IMG/VR virus record: IMGVR_UViG_3300042402_002792
From: a virus
Lineage: Duplodnaviria > Heunggongvirae > Uroviricota > Caudoviricetes
DNA: 40,562 nt
Strand: one strand, 5' to 3'
The notes below the pieces were generated by a model, which saw only the letters and a program-made list of their open reading frames with translations, ran no database searches and was not told where the DNA came from. Position numbers and translations under genes: made by a program. Positions 29,695 through 38,298 of this stretch are shown here, piece by piece; position 1 is the first letter of the stretch; every line of letters begins with the position of its first letter.

Positions 29695-31167
29695 ATGAGA
29701 TTTAAAGAATTTAAATTATTTGAACAATCACAACCGGCTAAATTTTATGCCATCGGTGATAGCCATGCAGACATGATAGCTAGAATGGGCGGAAAAGATT
29801 GGGTTAATTTGGCGATCGGGGGCACCAGCAGCACAGATCCTCGGATGCTAGGCAACATTTCAAAAATACCTAAAGGTGCTACAGTATTAGTCAGTCAAGG
29901 TGCTAACGATACTGCTAATGCCATGTTGAGAGCAAATCAAACTAAAAAGCCTCCAAAAGATCCTAACATCATTGCAGCCAACGTAGCCAACGTGATTGAT
30001 AAAGTTGAAGCGCAAGGTGCTAAAGTTATATTCATGTTGTTTCCTAATGGCCCAGGCCGCGGCAAATCTAAAGACGCTCAATGGTACGGCGGCAGTGATT
30101 ATCAAGATAAAGTTAGAGCTGCTATCAAAGGTTCAATAAATGTTCCTATAATTGATATCAACGGAAAACCTTTGTACGACGGTATCCATGCTGGTAATGC
30201 AACTTATAAAGAAGTAGCTGATCAAGTCAGAGCTAAAGCAGGCGCTGGCGTAACATTAGGTCCAACAACATCTTCTCCAGGCGCACCCGCAACTAAAGAT
30301 AAAGAAGCCGCCGGAACTAAACCTAGTTCTTCTACACCAGGTGTACCAACAAATGATGATACTCTAAGAGCAGGCCCTCCTTTTAGACTTCGGGACAAAG
30401 ATGCTGTTATTGCTATGCAAAAACGTATTAAAGGGTTAGGTTACAATATAGGTCCAACGGGTATAGATGGTAAGTTTGGTCCTTACACAGTAGCAGCATT
30501 AAGAGCGTTTCAAAAAGATTACGACTTAGATGGTGATGGCACTACCTTTACTAAAAAGGACTCTGATGCAATTACTATGGTTATGGCAAATAAGATTCCC
30601 CGGGTGAAACCTTCGCAACAACAATCACGCATCGGTAGAAGAGCAGCAGAAAAACCTGTTGTTTACGATGCTGTTACAACAGGTAGAATAGGAGAAGTTC
30701 TAAACTTTGTAGCTGGTCCGGAAAGTCGAGGTTATTATGACATGATGTTTGGCGGAACTCGCAAACCAGAAATACTAAAAATGACCATTGCTGATGCACA
30801 CAAGTTTCAACTTGCCTGGGGTAAAGAAGCTGGATCTACTGCAATGGGTCGATACCAAATTATGGAATTTAACACACTTGTTTATGCTCAAAGGGTAGGT
30901 TTAAATCCTCAGAGGGATAAATTTAATCCAGAGAATCAAGATAAGATGGGAATCTACTTCCTAAAAGAAAAAGGGTTAGATCAATGGCTTGCTGGTAAAA
31001 TGAGTGACAAAGATTTTCTAGAAGGATTGGCTCGAGTATGGGCTGGATTACCAGCACCATCAACAGGTGGCAATAGTTATTACGGTGGTGTTGGTCTTAA
31101 TAGAAAGAAAACATCCATAGACATGAAAACAGCATTAAATGCTTTGTCTAATATTAAAACTGCATAA
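29695..31167 (+). CDS. SGNH/GDSL esterase plus PG-binding plus lysozyme-like (GH104-like) multidomain protein
   Basis: IGDSHA, GGT, GAND, DGIH; DGKFGPYT; E-S..Y, TAMGRYQI, FNPENQDK, LARVWAGLP. Confidence 0.85.
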   Translation: MRFKEFKLFEQSQPAKFYAIGDSHADMIARMGGKDWVNLAIGGTSSTDPRMLGNISKIPKGATVLVSQGANDTANAMLRANQTKKPPKDPNIIAANVANVIDKVEAQGAKVIFMLFPNGPGRGKSKDAQWYGGSDYQDKVRAAIKGSINVPIIDINGKPLYDGIHAGNATYKEVADQVRAKAGAGVTLGPTTSSPGAPATKDKEAAGTKPSSSTPGVPTNDDTLRAGPPFRLRDKDAVIAMQKRIKGLGYNIGPTGIDGKFGPYTVAALRAFQKDYDLDGDGTTFTKKDSDAITMVMANKIPRVKPSQQQSRIGRRAAEKPVVYDAVTTGRIGEVLNFVAGPESRGYYDMMFGGTRKPEILKMTIADAHKFQLAWGKEAGSTAMGRYQIMEFNTLVYAQRVGLNPQRDKFNPENQDKMGIYFLKEKGLDQWLAGKMSDKDFLEGLARVWAGLPAPSTGGNSYYGGVGLNRKKTSIDMKTALNALSNIKTA

Positions 31168-31715
31168 TGAATTTAACGGGTAAACTTTTAGTTGCACCTC
31201 CTAGCATAAGAGGTACATTCTGGGCAAAAACTGTAATCTATGTTACAGAGAATCACGAGAGAGGTAGTATGGGACTAGTTCTCAATAAACAATCAAAGAT
31301 GCCTATAACTGAATTTTGTCAACAAGTTGGTGTTACTACCGATTTAGATGGACATTTACACATCGGCGGTCCAGTTAACATCAAAGCACTTACACTTTTA
31401 CATAGTGCAGAATGGGCTTGTTCAAATACTATGAATATTGATAATCAGTTTAGTATTAGTTCTAGTCAAGACTTATTATTTAGAATATCTACTGGAGATA
31501 GACCGCAATGGTACAGAATGATGTTAGGATTATGCGCTTGGGCACCCGATCAATTGGAAAATGAGATTAAGGGTCAAGAGCCTTATAATCATAATACAAG
31601 TTGGTTAGTGGCTACACCAAACACTGATTTTGTGTTTAATTTAGACGAGTCGGAACAATGGACACAAGGAATTGAGCAATCTGGCATGGAATTTGTCAAT
31701 TCTTTACTTGCATAA
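31167..31715 (+). CDS. algH: YqgE/AlgH (DUF179) family protein
   Basis: LTGKLLVAPP, F.KTVIY, GSMGLVLNK, GGPV, LGLCAWAPDQLENEI. Confidence 0.85.
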   Translation: MNLTGKLLVAPPSIRGTFWAKTVIYVTENHERGSMGLVLNKQSKMPITEFCQQVGVTTDLDGHLHIGGPVNIKALTLLHSAEWACSNTMNIDNQFSISSSQDLLFRISTGDRPQWYRMMLGLCAWAPDQLENEIKGQEPYNHNTSWLVATPNTDFVFNLDESEQWTQGIEQSGMEFVNSLLA

Positions 31716-31736
31716 AATTGTTTTTGAGTATATAAT
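31708..31736 (+). promoter_or_regulatory. sigma70-type promoter
   Basis: TTGCAT-17-TATAAT upstream of the HNH gene. Confidence 0.65.
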
Positions 31737-31766
31737 TGTAAATGTTTAATCAACTGAAGAACAAAA

Positions 31767-32282
31767 ATGAGCGACACACTGCTACTCAACGCCGACGGCG
31801 CACCAGTCAGCTTTTTGCCGTTGTCAACGCTTAATTGGCAAGAAGCAATCAAATATATGGTCTTAGACAAGGCCAGTGTTTTAGCATGGCATGAAGATTG
31901 GATTGTTCACTCTGCACGTTGGGAAACTCGCGTACCTAGTATCCTAATGTTACACGATTACATGAAGCCAAAAACTTCCATCAGATTCAGCAAGGGTAAT
32001 GTATTCTTACGAGACAATTATACCTGTGCCTACTGCGAAAAGATACTGGCTAAAAAAGAATGTACACTAGATCATGTTCTGCCTAGTAGTCACGGTGGTA
32101 AGACTACCTTTGAAAATACTGTAACCGCTTGTGGTAATTGTAATGCTAGCAAAGGTAACAACAAAAAGATCCGTCCTAAGTTTAAACCCTACAAGCCAGA
32201 CTTTTACGAACTTATTAATAAGCGTAAACGTTTGCCTTTTAATATTAGGCATAACGAATGGCTGGAATATATAGGTGTCTGA
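31767..32282 (+). CDS. HNH endonuclease (McrA-like HNH_5)
   Basis: LLLNA, RDNYTCAYC, TLDHVLP..GG..FENTVTACGNCN. Confidence 0.9.
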   Translation: MSDTLLLNADGAPVSFLPLSTLNWQEAIKYMVLDKASVLAWHEDWIVHSARWETRVPSILMLHDYMKPKTSIRFSKGNVFLRDNYTCAYCEKILAKKECTLDHVLPSSHGGKTTFENTVTACGNCNASKGNNKKIRPKFKPYKPDFYELINKRKRLPFNIRHNEWLEYIGV

Positions 32283-33144
32283 TCTTATCACGATTGATTG
32301 GAATCTAGGTAATAGTTGTAATTTACAATGTAGCTACTGCCACAAAGATTTATATAACGGAGAAAATCCGTTTCCTATAATAGAACGATTAGGCCCTGCA
32401 TTTGATCATTTAATTGATCAGTGTAGGGCTTTTTCACATGTACGTTTAGAGTTCTCAGGTGGCGAGCCTACACAAAGCGATGCTATACAACAGATTATTT
32501 TAAAAAATACTAACGACAAAATAAAATTCAAACTAATATCAAATGCACAAGCATCGCTTAACTGGTGGAATAATACAGCTCATCATTTATATGATTTAAC
32601 TTTAACCTATCATGCGAGTACAGATTTCAATCATTTCTTACAAGTGGTAAACCTTGTTAAACCTTATACAAATCCTAAAATTTATATTCCTACAACATCA
32701 GAGACTTGGAAGTCTCAGCGATCTGCTTATGACCAACTTAAATCGCAAGGTTATAATGCACAGTTACAATTATTATATTCAAATTTTACTAGAGGTAATA
32801 ACGATTACCTTAAATATTCACAAGATCAATGGGCTGAATACTACAAAGAAAACGGTATTGATATTAACGTTCCTAAACAAGTAGAAAGCACAGTTGAATT
32901 TAAGCGTGTTCATAATTTAAATAATTTTTATGGACATTTGTGTTGGGCTGGTGTAGATCAAATAGTTATAGATAACTTTGGAGATGTTTGGAGAGGTTGG
33001 TGTAAGAGTACTCTTTGTTTAGGTAATGTGTTTGAGCAAACTGTATGCTTAGATCAAAAACCTAGACCTTGTCCTAAACAACAATGTAGAAACGGATTTG
33101 ATTTACAAGCTCGTAAAAGTCAAGGAAGCTGGGGATTAGCATGA
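32275..33144 (+). CDS. radical SAM protein with C-terminal twitch/SPASM-like domain
   Basis: CNLQCSYC, SGGEPT, CWAG..GDVWRGWC..LGN..C..C. Confidence 0.9.
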   Translation: MSDLITIDWNLGNSCNLQCSYCHKDLYNGENPFPIIERLGPAFDHLIDQCRAFSHVRLEFSGGEPTQSDAIQQIILKNTNDKIKFKLISNAQASLNWWNNTAHHLYDLTLTYHASTDFNHFLQVVNLVKPYTNPKIYIPTTSETWKSQRSAYDQLKSQGYNAQLQLLYSNFTRGNNDYLKYSQDQWAEYYKENGIDINVPKQVESTVEFKRVHNLNNFYGHLCWAGVDQIVIDNFGDVWRGWCKSTLCLGNVFEQTVCLDQKPRPCPKQQCRNGFDLQARKSQGSWGLA

Positions 33145-33560
33145 AAAAGTTTTTATGGAAGATATTAGGATTTTTAAGTTTAGGTATGGCCTACGTTGGA
33201 GTAATTACTCCAGGCTTGCCATATAGCCCGTTTGTGGTATTTGCTGCCTATTGCTTTGCCAAAAGCAGTCCACGTATGCATGCCTGGATTATGAATCACA
33301 AGACCTTTGGACCGTTTATTACAAACTGGAATCAAAAGCGTGTGTTTCCTTTAAAGCTAAAGTTCTTTATGTTAGCTTCAATGAGTGTTAGTCTAGTTTT
33401 AATGATCATTAGTGGTGTTCCGATGCGTGGTATTATCTATACTGGCATCTTTATGGCACTGGTCGCTATATGGGCATGGCGCTTTCCTAGTTCGGTAGAG
33501 GCGTATGATAAACGTATAGCAGACGGTAAAAAGGTTGGTTGGTTTAACAACAGTTTTTAA
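33141..33560 (+). CDS. ybaN: YbaN/DUF454 inner-membrane protein
   Basis: G.LSLG..GV..PGLP.SPF..AAYCFAKSSPR.H.W...H..FGP.I.NW. Confidence 0.85.
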   Translation: MKKFLWKILGFLSLGMAYVGVITPGLPYSPFVVFAAYCFAKSSPRMHAWIMNHKTFGPFITNWNQKRVFPLKLKFFMLASMSVSLVLMIISGVPMRGIIYTGIFMALVAIWAWRFPSSVEAYDKRIADGKKVGWFNNSF

Positions 33561-33561
33561 T

Positions 33562-33596
33562 CATAAATAGTAGTAGTTTTACGAAGGACTACTATG
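33562..33596 (+). promoter_or_regulatory. late promoter CATAAATA plus RBS-masking hairpin
   Basis: TAGTAGTTTT-ACGA-AGGACTACTA stem (2 GU pairs) ending on the A of ATG. Confidence 0.6.
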
Positions 33597-34028
33597 AACA
33601 AATTTTTAGCAATCTTATTACTAGTTCCCACACTGGTATTTGCACAAAAACAACCTCAGGGTGTAACTTACGACGCACAGATCGTTCGTGTCAGTGACGG
33701 AGATACTGTTGTTATCGCAGCACCGTTTTTACCTGCACCTTTAAAGCCAGAACTGGCTATTAGAATTTATGGTGTAGACACACCAGAAAAAGGACACAGA
33801 GCACAATGTCCTTCAGAAGCACAACGCGGCGAAATGGCATCAGCTTTTACTAAACAAGCTGTAGCGTCTAGTCAAAAGCGTCAAGTAACTCTTTATGGTT
33901 GGGATAAGTTTGGAGGTCGTGTACTAGGCGATATTATACTAGACGGCAAGAGTTTACGTGCTGGATTAATTGCTAACGGGTTTGCCCGTGAGTACTTTGG
34001 CGAAGCTAAACAAAGCTGGTGCAACTAA
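33594..34028 (+). CDS. secreted thermonuclease (SNase family)
   Basis: Signal peptide; DGDT, IRIYGVDTPE, DKFGGRVLG. Confidence 0.9.
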   Translation: MNKFLAILLLVPTLVFAQKQPQGVTYDAQIVRVSDGDTVVIAAPFLPAPLKPELAIRIYGVDTPEKGHRAQCPSEAQRGEMASAFTKQAVASSQKRQVTLYGWDKFGGRVLGDIILDGKSLRAGLIANGFAREYFGEAKQSWCN

Positions 34029-34406
34029 ATGAAACGCCTACTAGCTATTACTGCTCTAATAACCTTAACAGGTTGCGCTAACATAATTGATATGATTCCT
34101 AGCAAGTGGGATGTTAATCAAGCTAAGGTTACTACCGACCTAAGACAGGCCACACACAACTTTGATTGCAAGAGTGATCAACGAGCTCAGTTAAAAACGA
34201 TTGCTGACCAAGTACAATGGTTTGCACTATATTCAGAAAGTAAAGGCACTAAGGATGTTGCCCACTTAGGCAAGACTCTACAGGCCACAGTTAAAGAGTT
34301 TCAAGATAGACCACAACCAGTGAGTCCTATCTACTGTGATATCAAACGTAAGCTAATGATTCAACAGGCTGACATCATTGCTAAAACAGTACAAGGAAGA
34401 TTCTAA
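34029..34406 (+). CDS. lipoprotein
   Basis: Lipobox LTGC. Confidence 0.75.
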   Translation: MKRLLAITALITLTGCANIIDMIPSKWDVNQAKVTTDLRQATHNFDCKSDQRAQLKTIADQVQWFALYSESKGTKDVAHLGKTLQATVKEFQDRPQPVSPIYCDIKRKLMIQQADIIAKTVQGRF

Positions 34407-35131
34407 TGAAAACAGAACTACTACTAGAGTTTGCCAAACTAGCGGCAACTACCTATGATAACCCTAAAGACTCTAAGGCTAAGTTTAAAGCACTAGGTTA
34501 TACCATTGTCCAGTTCTTTGATATTGATGGCGCACAGGCATACTTGTTGACCAACGGTACTATTACAGTACTGTCGTTTAGAGGCACAGAGGTAACACAA
34601 AAGTCAGATGTACTAGCAGACTTAAAAGCTGGTAAGAACATAGAAGCCTGTGGTGGCAAAGTACACGTAGGCTTCAAAGGTGAGATCAACAAGTTATGGC
34701 CCAGTATCTCCGCAGCACTTGCAGCTAATCCGGGTAACCTATACGTAACAGGACACAGTTTAGGTGCTGCTATGGCTACCATTGCTGCCAGCCGTATGCA
34801 GGATCGTGTAATTGCATTGATAACCTTTGGATCGCCTAGAGTTGGCAACACTGAGTTTGTTAAAAGCCTAGCTGTTGAACATTATAGAGTTCAGAACAAC
34901 TGCGATGATGTAACCAAAGTTCCATTTAGAGCCATGGGATTTGATCACCACGGCACACACAAGTATATGAACTACTACGGTGAGTTTAGAGACCTAACAC
35001 CATGGCAACGGGTAAAAGACATGGCCCGTAGTAGATTAAAAGCCAGAGCAAAAGGACAAAAGTTTATCGGAGTGTTTGATCACTTGATGGCCAACTACAT
35101 TGCTAAATTAGAAAAGTTGGGAGTAAAGTAA
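34406..35131 (+). CDS. class 3 lipase
   Basis: FRGT, VHVGF, GHSLG, TFGSPRVG, DDVTKVP, DH. Confidence 0.9.
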   Translation: MKTELLLEFAKLAATTYDNPKDSKAKFKALGYTIVQFFDIDGAQAYLLTNGTITVLSFRGTEVTQKSDVLADLKAGKNIEACGGKVHVGFKGEINKLWPSISAALAANPGNLYVTGHSLGAAMATIAASRMQDRVIALITFGSPRVGNTEFVKSLAVEHYRVQNNCDDVTKVPFRAMGFDHHGTHKYMNYYGEFRDLTPWQRVKDMARSRLKARAKGQKFIGVFDHLMANYIAKLEKLGVK

Positions 35132-35401
35132 ATGGCAGTGCAGATAGATGAGAAGACAGAAGTCACAGTTCCTTTAAAGACTTTGATCTCTGTGGTCAGT
35201 GCTATTGTTATTGCCAGTTGGTATGTGTTTACCACACAGACTAGAATTGCAGATCTAGAACACTCTATAAAGATAACAGATGAAAGATTTGCAAGTTATA
35301 TTAAACAACCAGGCCGTAACACAGCGGACCTTGAGTTATTGAGAAAAGATTTCGAGTACCTTCGTAGTGAAGTTGCCGAAATAAAGCAGAAATCCAAATA
35401 A
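35132..35401 (+). CDS. single-TM coiled-coil protein
   Basis: Hydrophobic helix followed by a heptad pattern. Confidence 0.7.
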   Translation: MAVQIDEKTEVTVPLKTLISVVSAIVIASWYVFTTQTRIADLEHSIKITDERFASYIKQPGRNTADLELLRKDFEYLRSEVAEIKQKSK

Positions 35402-35420
35402 CAAATAAAGGAGTTATATT

Positions 35421-36299
35421 ATGGGATGGAATCCGTTTAAGAAAAAGAGCTGGCAACAAGTTGGCAATGCTATTAACAATACTGTTGTTCAGCCAGTAGT
35501 TAAACCTACTACTAATGTAATTAACACTGTAATTAGAGAAACACCTAAAGCAATCAATGTAGCTGGACAACAGATTACTGACGCTGCAGGAAATATAACT
35601 TCACAAGCTGAACAGTTATCAAGAAACGCAATCAACAGTGTTAACAATATTGGAGTTAGTGCTGCTGGACAGGCAAAGATTGGTTACAATCGTCATGGTA
35701 TGTGGACTGCTAAAGTTGCAGATGCTGCCTTAAACGACATTGATGCAGGTAGTAAGTTAGCTATCAGAGCCATGGAACAAGGTGCTCGTGCTGGTGTGTA
35801 TGGTGTGGCCAGAGGCGGCGAGTTAATGGCAGAATGGGTACAAGCCAACTACTGCCAGATTGGTGTTAGCATTGCATTAGGCACAGTATTTGCCGCGCTA
35901 CTATATCGTCCAGAGCCTAGCAGTCAAGCAACTACTGTAGCCGCAACTGCCCCATTGAGCTCAACAGCTATTGTGTATCTAGCAGCTAAAGAAACTGTCG
36001 GTGCCGTAGCATTAGGCGCTGCCTGTGATCTAACAGCGGCAGCTTTCGTTGAATTGATTTGGATGGCCCCTGATGTGCGTAAAGCAATCGGCGAAGCTAA
36101 CAAGAAAATCTTAACAGACGCTATTGCATTCTCATTGGCTAAGTCATTTGATGTTGCCGCCGGTGCAATGATTGTTCCACAAAGTTGTGCGGCTGTTGTA
36201 GCTGGTATTGTTACAACTATGGTAGCACAGTTGGCCTGTGAACAAACATTACCAAACGGTGCCCGTGAGTGGGCTACCGTTGGCGCGAGCGGACTATGA
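35421..36299 (+). CDS. Ala-rich hydrophobic hypothetical protein
   Basis: AAGGAG RBS; 292 aa. Confidence 0.75.
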   Translation: MGWNPFKKKSWQQVGNAINNTVVQPVVKPTTNVINTVIRETPKAINVAGQQITDAAGNITSQAEQLSRNAINSVNNIGVSAAGQAKIGYNRHGMWTAKVADAALNDIDAGSKLAIRAMEQGARAGVYGVARGGELMAEWVQANYCQIGVSIALGTVFAALLYRPEPSSQATTVAATAPLSSTAIVYLAAKETVGAVALGAACDLTAAAFVELIWMAPDVRKAIGEANKKILTDAIAFSLAKSFDVAAGAMIVPQSCAAVVAGIVTTMVAQLACEQTLPNGAREWATVGASGL

Positions 36300-36529
36300 G
36301 CAACGTACTGCACGAAGTTATCAATTCAGGGCAACCTTGGGCAGCAGAACGTGCTCAATATGCATTGACTATTGCTGAAGCTCTGCAGAACAATCAAATT
36401 ACTCAGGACGAAGCTCGTGCTTTACTTGAAGATTTGATCAACACTGAAAAGCTAGAAGCTGCTGGTGCTGACTTGCAACTTAGGGCAGCACTAGTGTTTG
36501 GTGTGACGCAGGTACTTAGTATGTGTTAA
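36296..36529 (+). CDS. hypothetical protein
   Basis: ATGA overlap, start MSNVL. Confidence 0.7.
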   Translation: MSNVLHEVINSGQPWAAERAQYALTIAEALQNNQITQDEARALLEDLINTEKLEAAGADLQLRAALVFGVTQVLSMC

Positions 36530-37715
36530 ACACGTTGACGAGGGCTTCAACAAGGTCCTCGATCATACCGTCATCATGAAACGGAGTGGGAGCAAAACGC
36601 AACCTCTCCGTTCCCACATCTACTGTAGGATAGTTGATAGCCTGCACATAGATGCCGTAGTCATTAAGTAGTGCATCACTCATTGCCTTGCAGCGTTTAG
36701 CATCGCCGACTAGCACAGGAACAATATGCGTAGTGCTACATTCCATAACAGGTATGCCTGCTTTCTGTAGACGATACTTTAACTTACGAGCACGATCCTG
36801 ATGACGTTCTCGTATCTCAGGATGAGCCTTAAGATACTTAACAGCAGCCAGTGCTCCGGCACAGCTGACTGGACTCATAGATGTTGTAAAGATAAAACCT
36901 GCGGCTACTAAACGAATAGCATCAACAACAACATTGTCGCCTGCAATGTATCCGCCCTGTACTCCGTATGCTTTACCAAGTGTACCGTTGACTATGTCAA
37001 CACGATCTTGCAGTCCATGATGCTCTAATTTGCCTGCACCAGTTTCCCCGTAGAGTCCCACAGCATGTACTTCGTCAATGTAGGTCATAGCACCATACTT
37101 ATCAGCTAGGTCGCAGATCTCTTTGATCATGCCCACATCACCGTCCATTGAGTACACTGACTCAAATACTACACAAGGAGTCTTACCGCATAGAGTTGCA
37201 GCTTGTAGACACTCTTCTAAGTTCTGCATGTCGTTATGGCGAAATATCTGCTTGTTAGCACGGCTGTGTTGAATACCTACAATGATTGAGTTATGATTAT
37301 TACTGTCACTGATAAACTCAATGTTAGGAATGATCTTAGCCAGTGCAATCAACGTCCATTCATTAGCCACATAAGCCGAACTAAACAATAAGGCCCGTTC
37401 TTTCTTATGCAATACTGCCAACTCATGCTCTAATGCTTTGTGATAGTGACTTGACCCACCGATGTTACGGGTGCCGCCTGAACCCGAGCCTGTATGGTCT
37501 AGGGCAGTGTGCATAGCATCTAGTACAACTTTGTGCTGACCCATGCCCAAATAGTCGTTTGAGCACCAGTTTACAATGTTTTTAATATTGTACGGGCCAT
37601 ACCAAATGGCTGTAGGGAACTTGCCTGCTTCACGCACAATGTCGTTAAACACACGATACTTGCCGTTGGCTTTTAGTTCTGTAATTAGGGTTTCAAAAGG
37701 CTGTTTGTTTATCAT
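36516..37715 (-). CDS. hemA: 5-aminolevulinate synthase (Shemin pathway)
   Basis: [62 protein letters not shown]. Confidence 0.92.
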   Translation of the reverse strand: MINKQPFETLITELKANGKYRVFNDIVREAGKFPTAIWYGPYNIKNIVNWCSNDYLGMGQHKVVLDAMHTALDHTGSGSGGTRNIGGSSHYHKALEHELAVLHKKERALLFSSAYVANEWTLIALAKIIPNIEFISDSNNHNSIIVGIQHSRANKQIFRHNDMQNLEECLQAATLCGKTPCVVFESVYSMDGDVGMIKEICDLADKYGAMTYIDEVHAVGLYGETGAGKLEHHGLQDRVDIVNGTLGKAYGVQGGYIAGDNVVVDAIRLVAAGFIFTTSMSPVSCAGALAAVKYLKAHPEIRERHQDRARKLKYRLQKAGIPVMECSTTHIVPVLVGDAKRCKAMSDALLNDYGIYVQAINYPTVDVGTERLRFAPTPFHDDGMIEDLVEALVNVFNTY

Positions 37716-37720
37716 GTAGT

Positions 37721-37736
37721 TATTTAACGCTAAATA
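37721..37736. promoter_or_regulatory. back-to-back divergent late promoters
   Basis: TATTTA-ACGC-TAAATA between hemA and the 37755 gene. Confidence 0.65.
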
Positions 37737-37754
37737 TTAAACATTGGAAAATTT

Positions 37755-38069
37755 ATGAGAATACAAGATATTATTAGATCCATGATGGACGTTATTGATC
37801 AGATAGACGGCGAGCCTGAAACTGCCGTAGACCAACCTGACGATACACCCAGCGGATACTGTGATGACGATCTGGCACGTTTCAAGCAGATTGCTGGTAT
37901 TGTTAGTGAACCAGGCGAGATGAGTGTGTTAGCCAACAGTCCTAACGAAAAAATAGCAGATATTAGTGCTGTCACTGTAGATGCTGGCGGCGGAGTTAAC
38001 GGCCCAAAACACCCACATGATATTCGTATAAAAGATCCTAGCATGTATCCAAATCAGCAAGAGGTATAA
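37755..38069 (+). CDS. acidic late hypothetical protein
   Basis: MRIQDII leader; late promoter. Confidence 0.75.
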   Translation: MRIQDIIRSMMDVIDQIDGEPETAVDQPDDTPSGYCDDDLARFKQIAGIVSEPGEMSVLANSPNEKIADISAVTVDAGGGVNGPKHPHDIRIKDPSMYPNQQEV

Positions 38070-38070
38070 T

Positions 38071-38295
38071 ATGTCAGCAAACGGAATTAGCACCTTGGCA
38101 AATAAAAAACTAAGACAAGAAGCAAAATTAGCTCTTGCAGGACAAGACCGAGCAGATCGAAACGTTATAGAGCCTGGAAGATACTCTGATACTACAGCAG
38201 ATATTACTCAACTGCCGACAAAGTATCTAGCAGACAATACTGTAGAAGATAATCCTAATGTTGACGGGTTACTACAGGGAAGACCTTGGGCGTAA
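38071..38295 (+). CDS. small hypothetical protein (MSANGISTL...GRPW)
   Basis: GAGG RBS. Confidence 0.75.
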   Translation: MSANGISTLANKKLRQEAKLALAGQDRADRNVIEPGRYSDTTADITQLPTKYLADNTVEDNPNVDGLLQGRPWA

Positions 38296-38298
38296 ACA

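Noticed and set aside
27438-38044. Minus-strand ORFs opposite late genes (27438, 28486, 28774, 29335, 29887, 31589, 32067, 34498, 35301, 35924, 37799)
   Set aside because: Antisense shadows of genes with clear domain motifs
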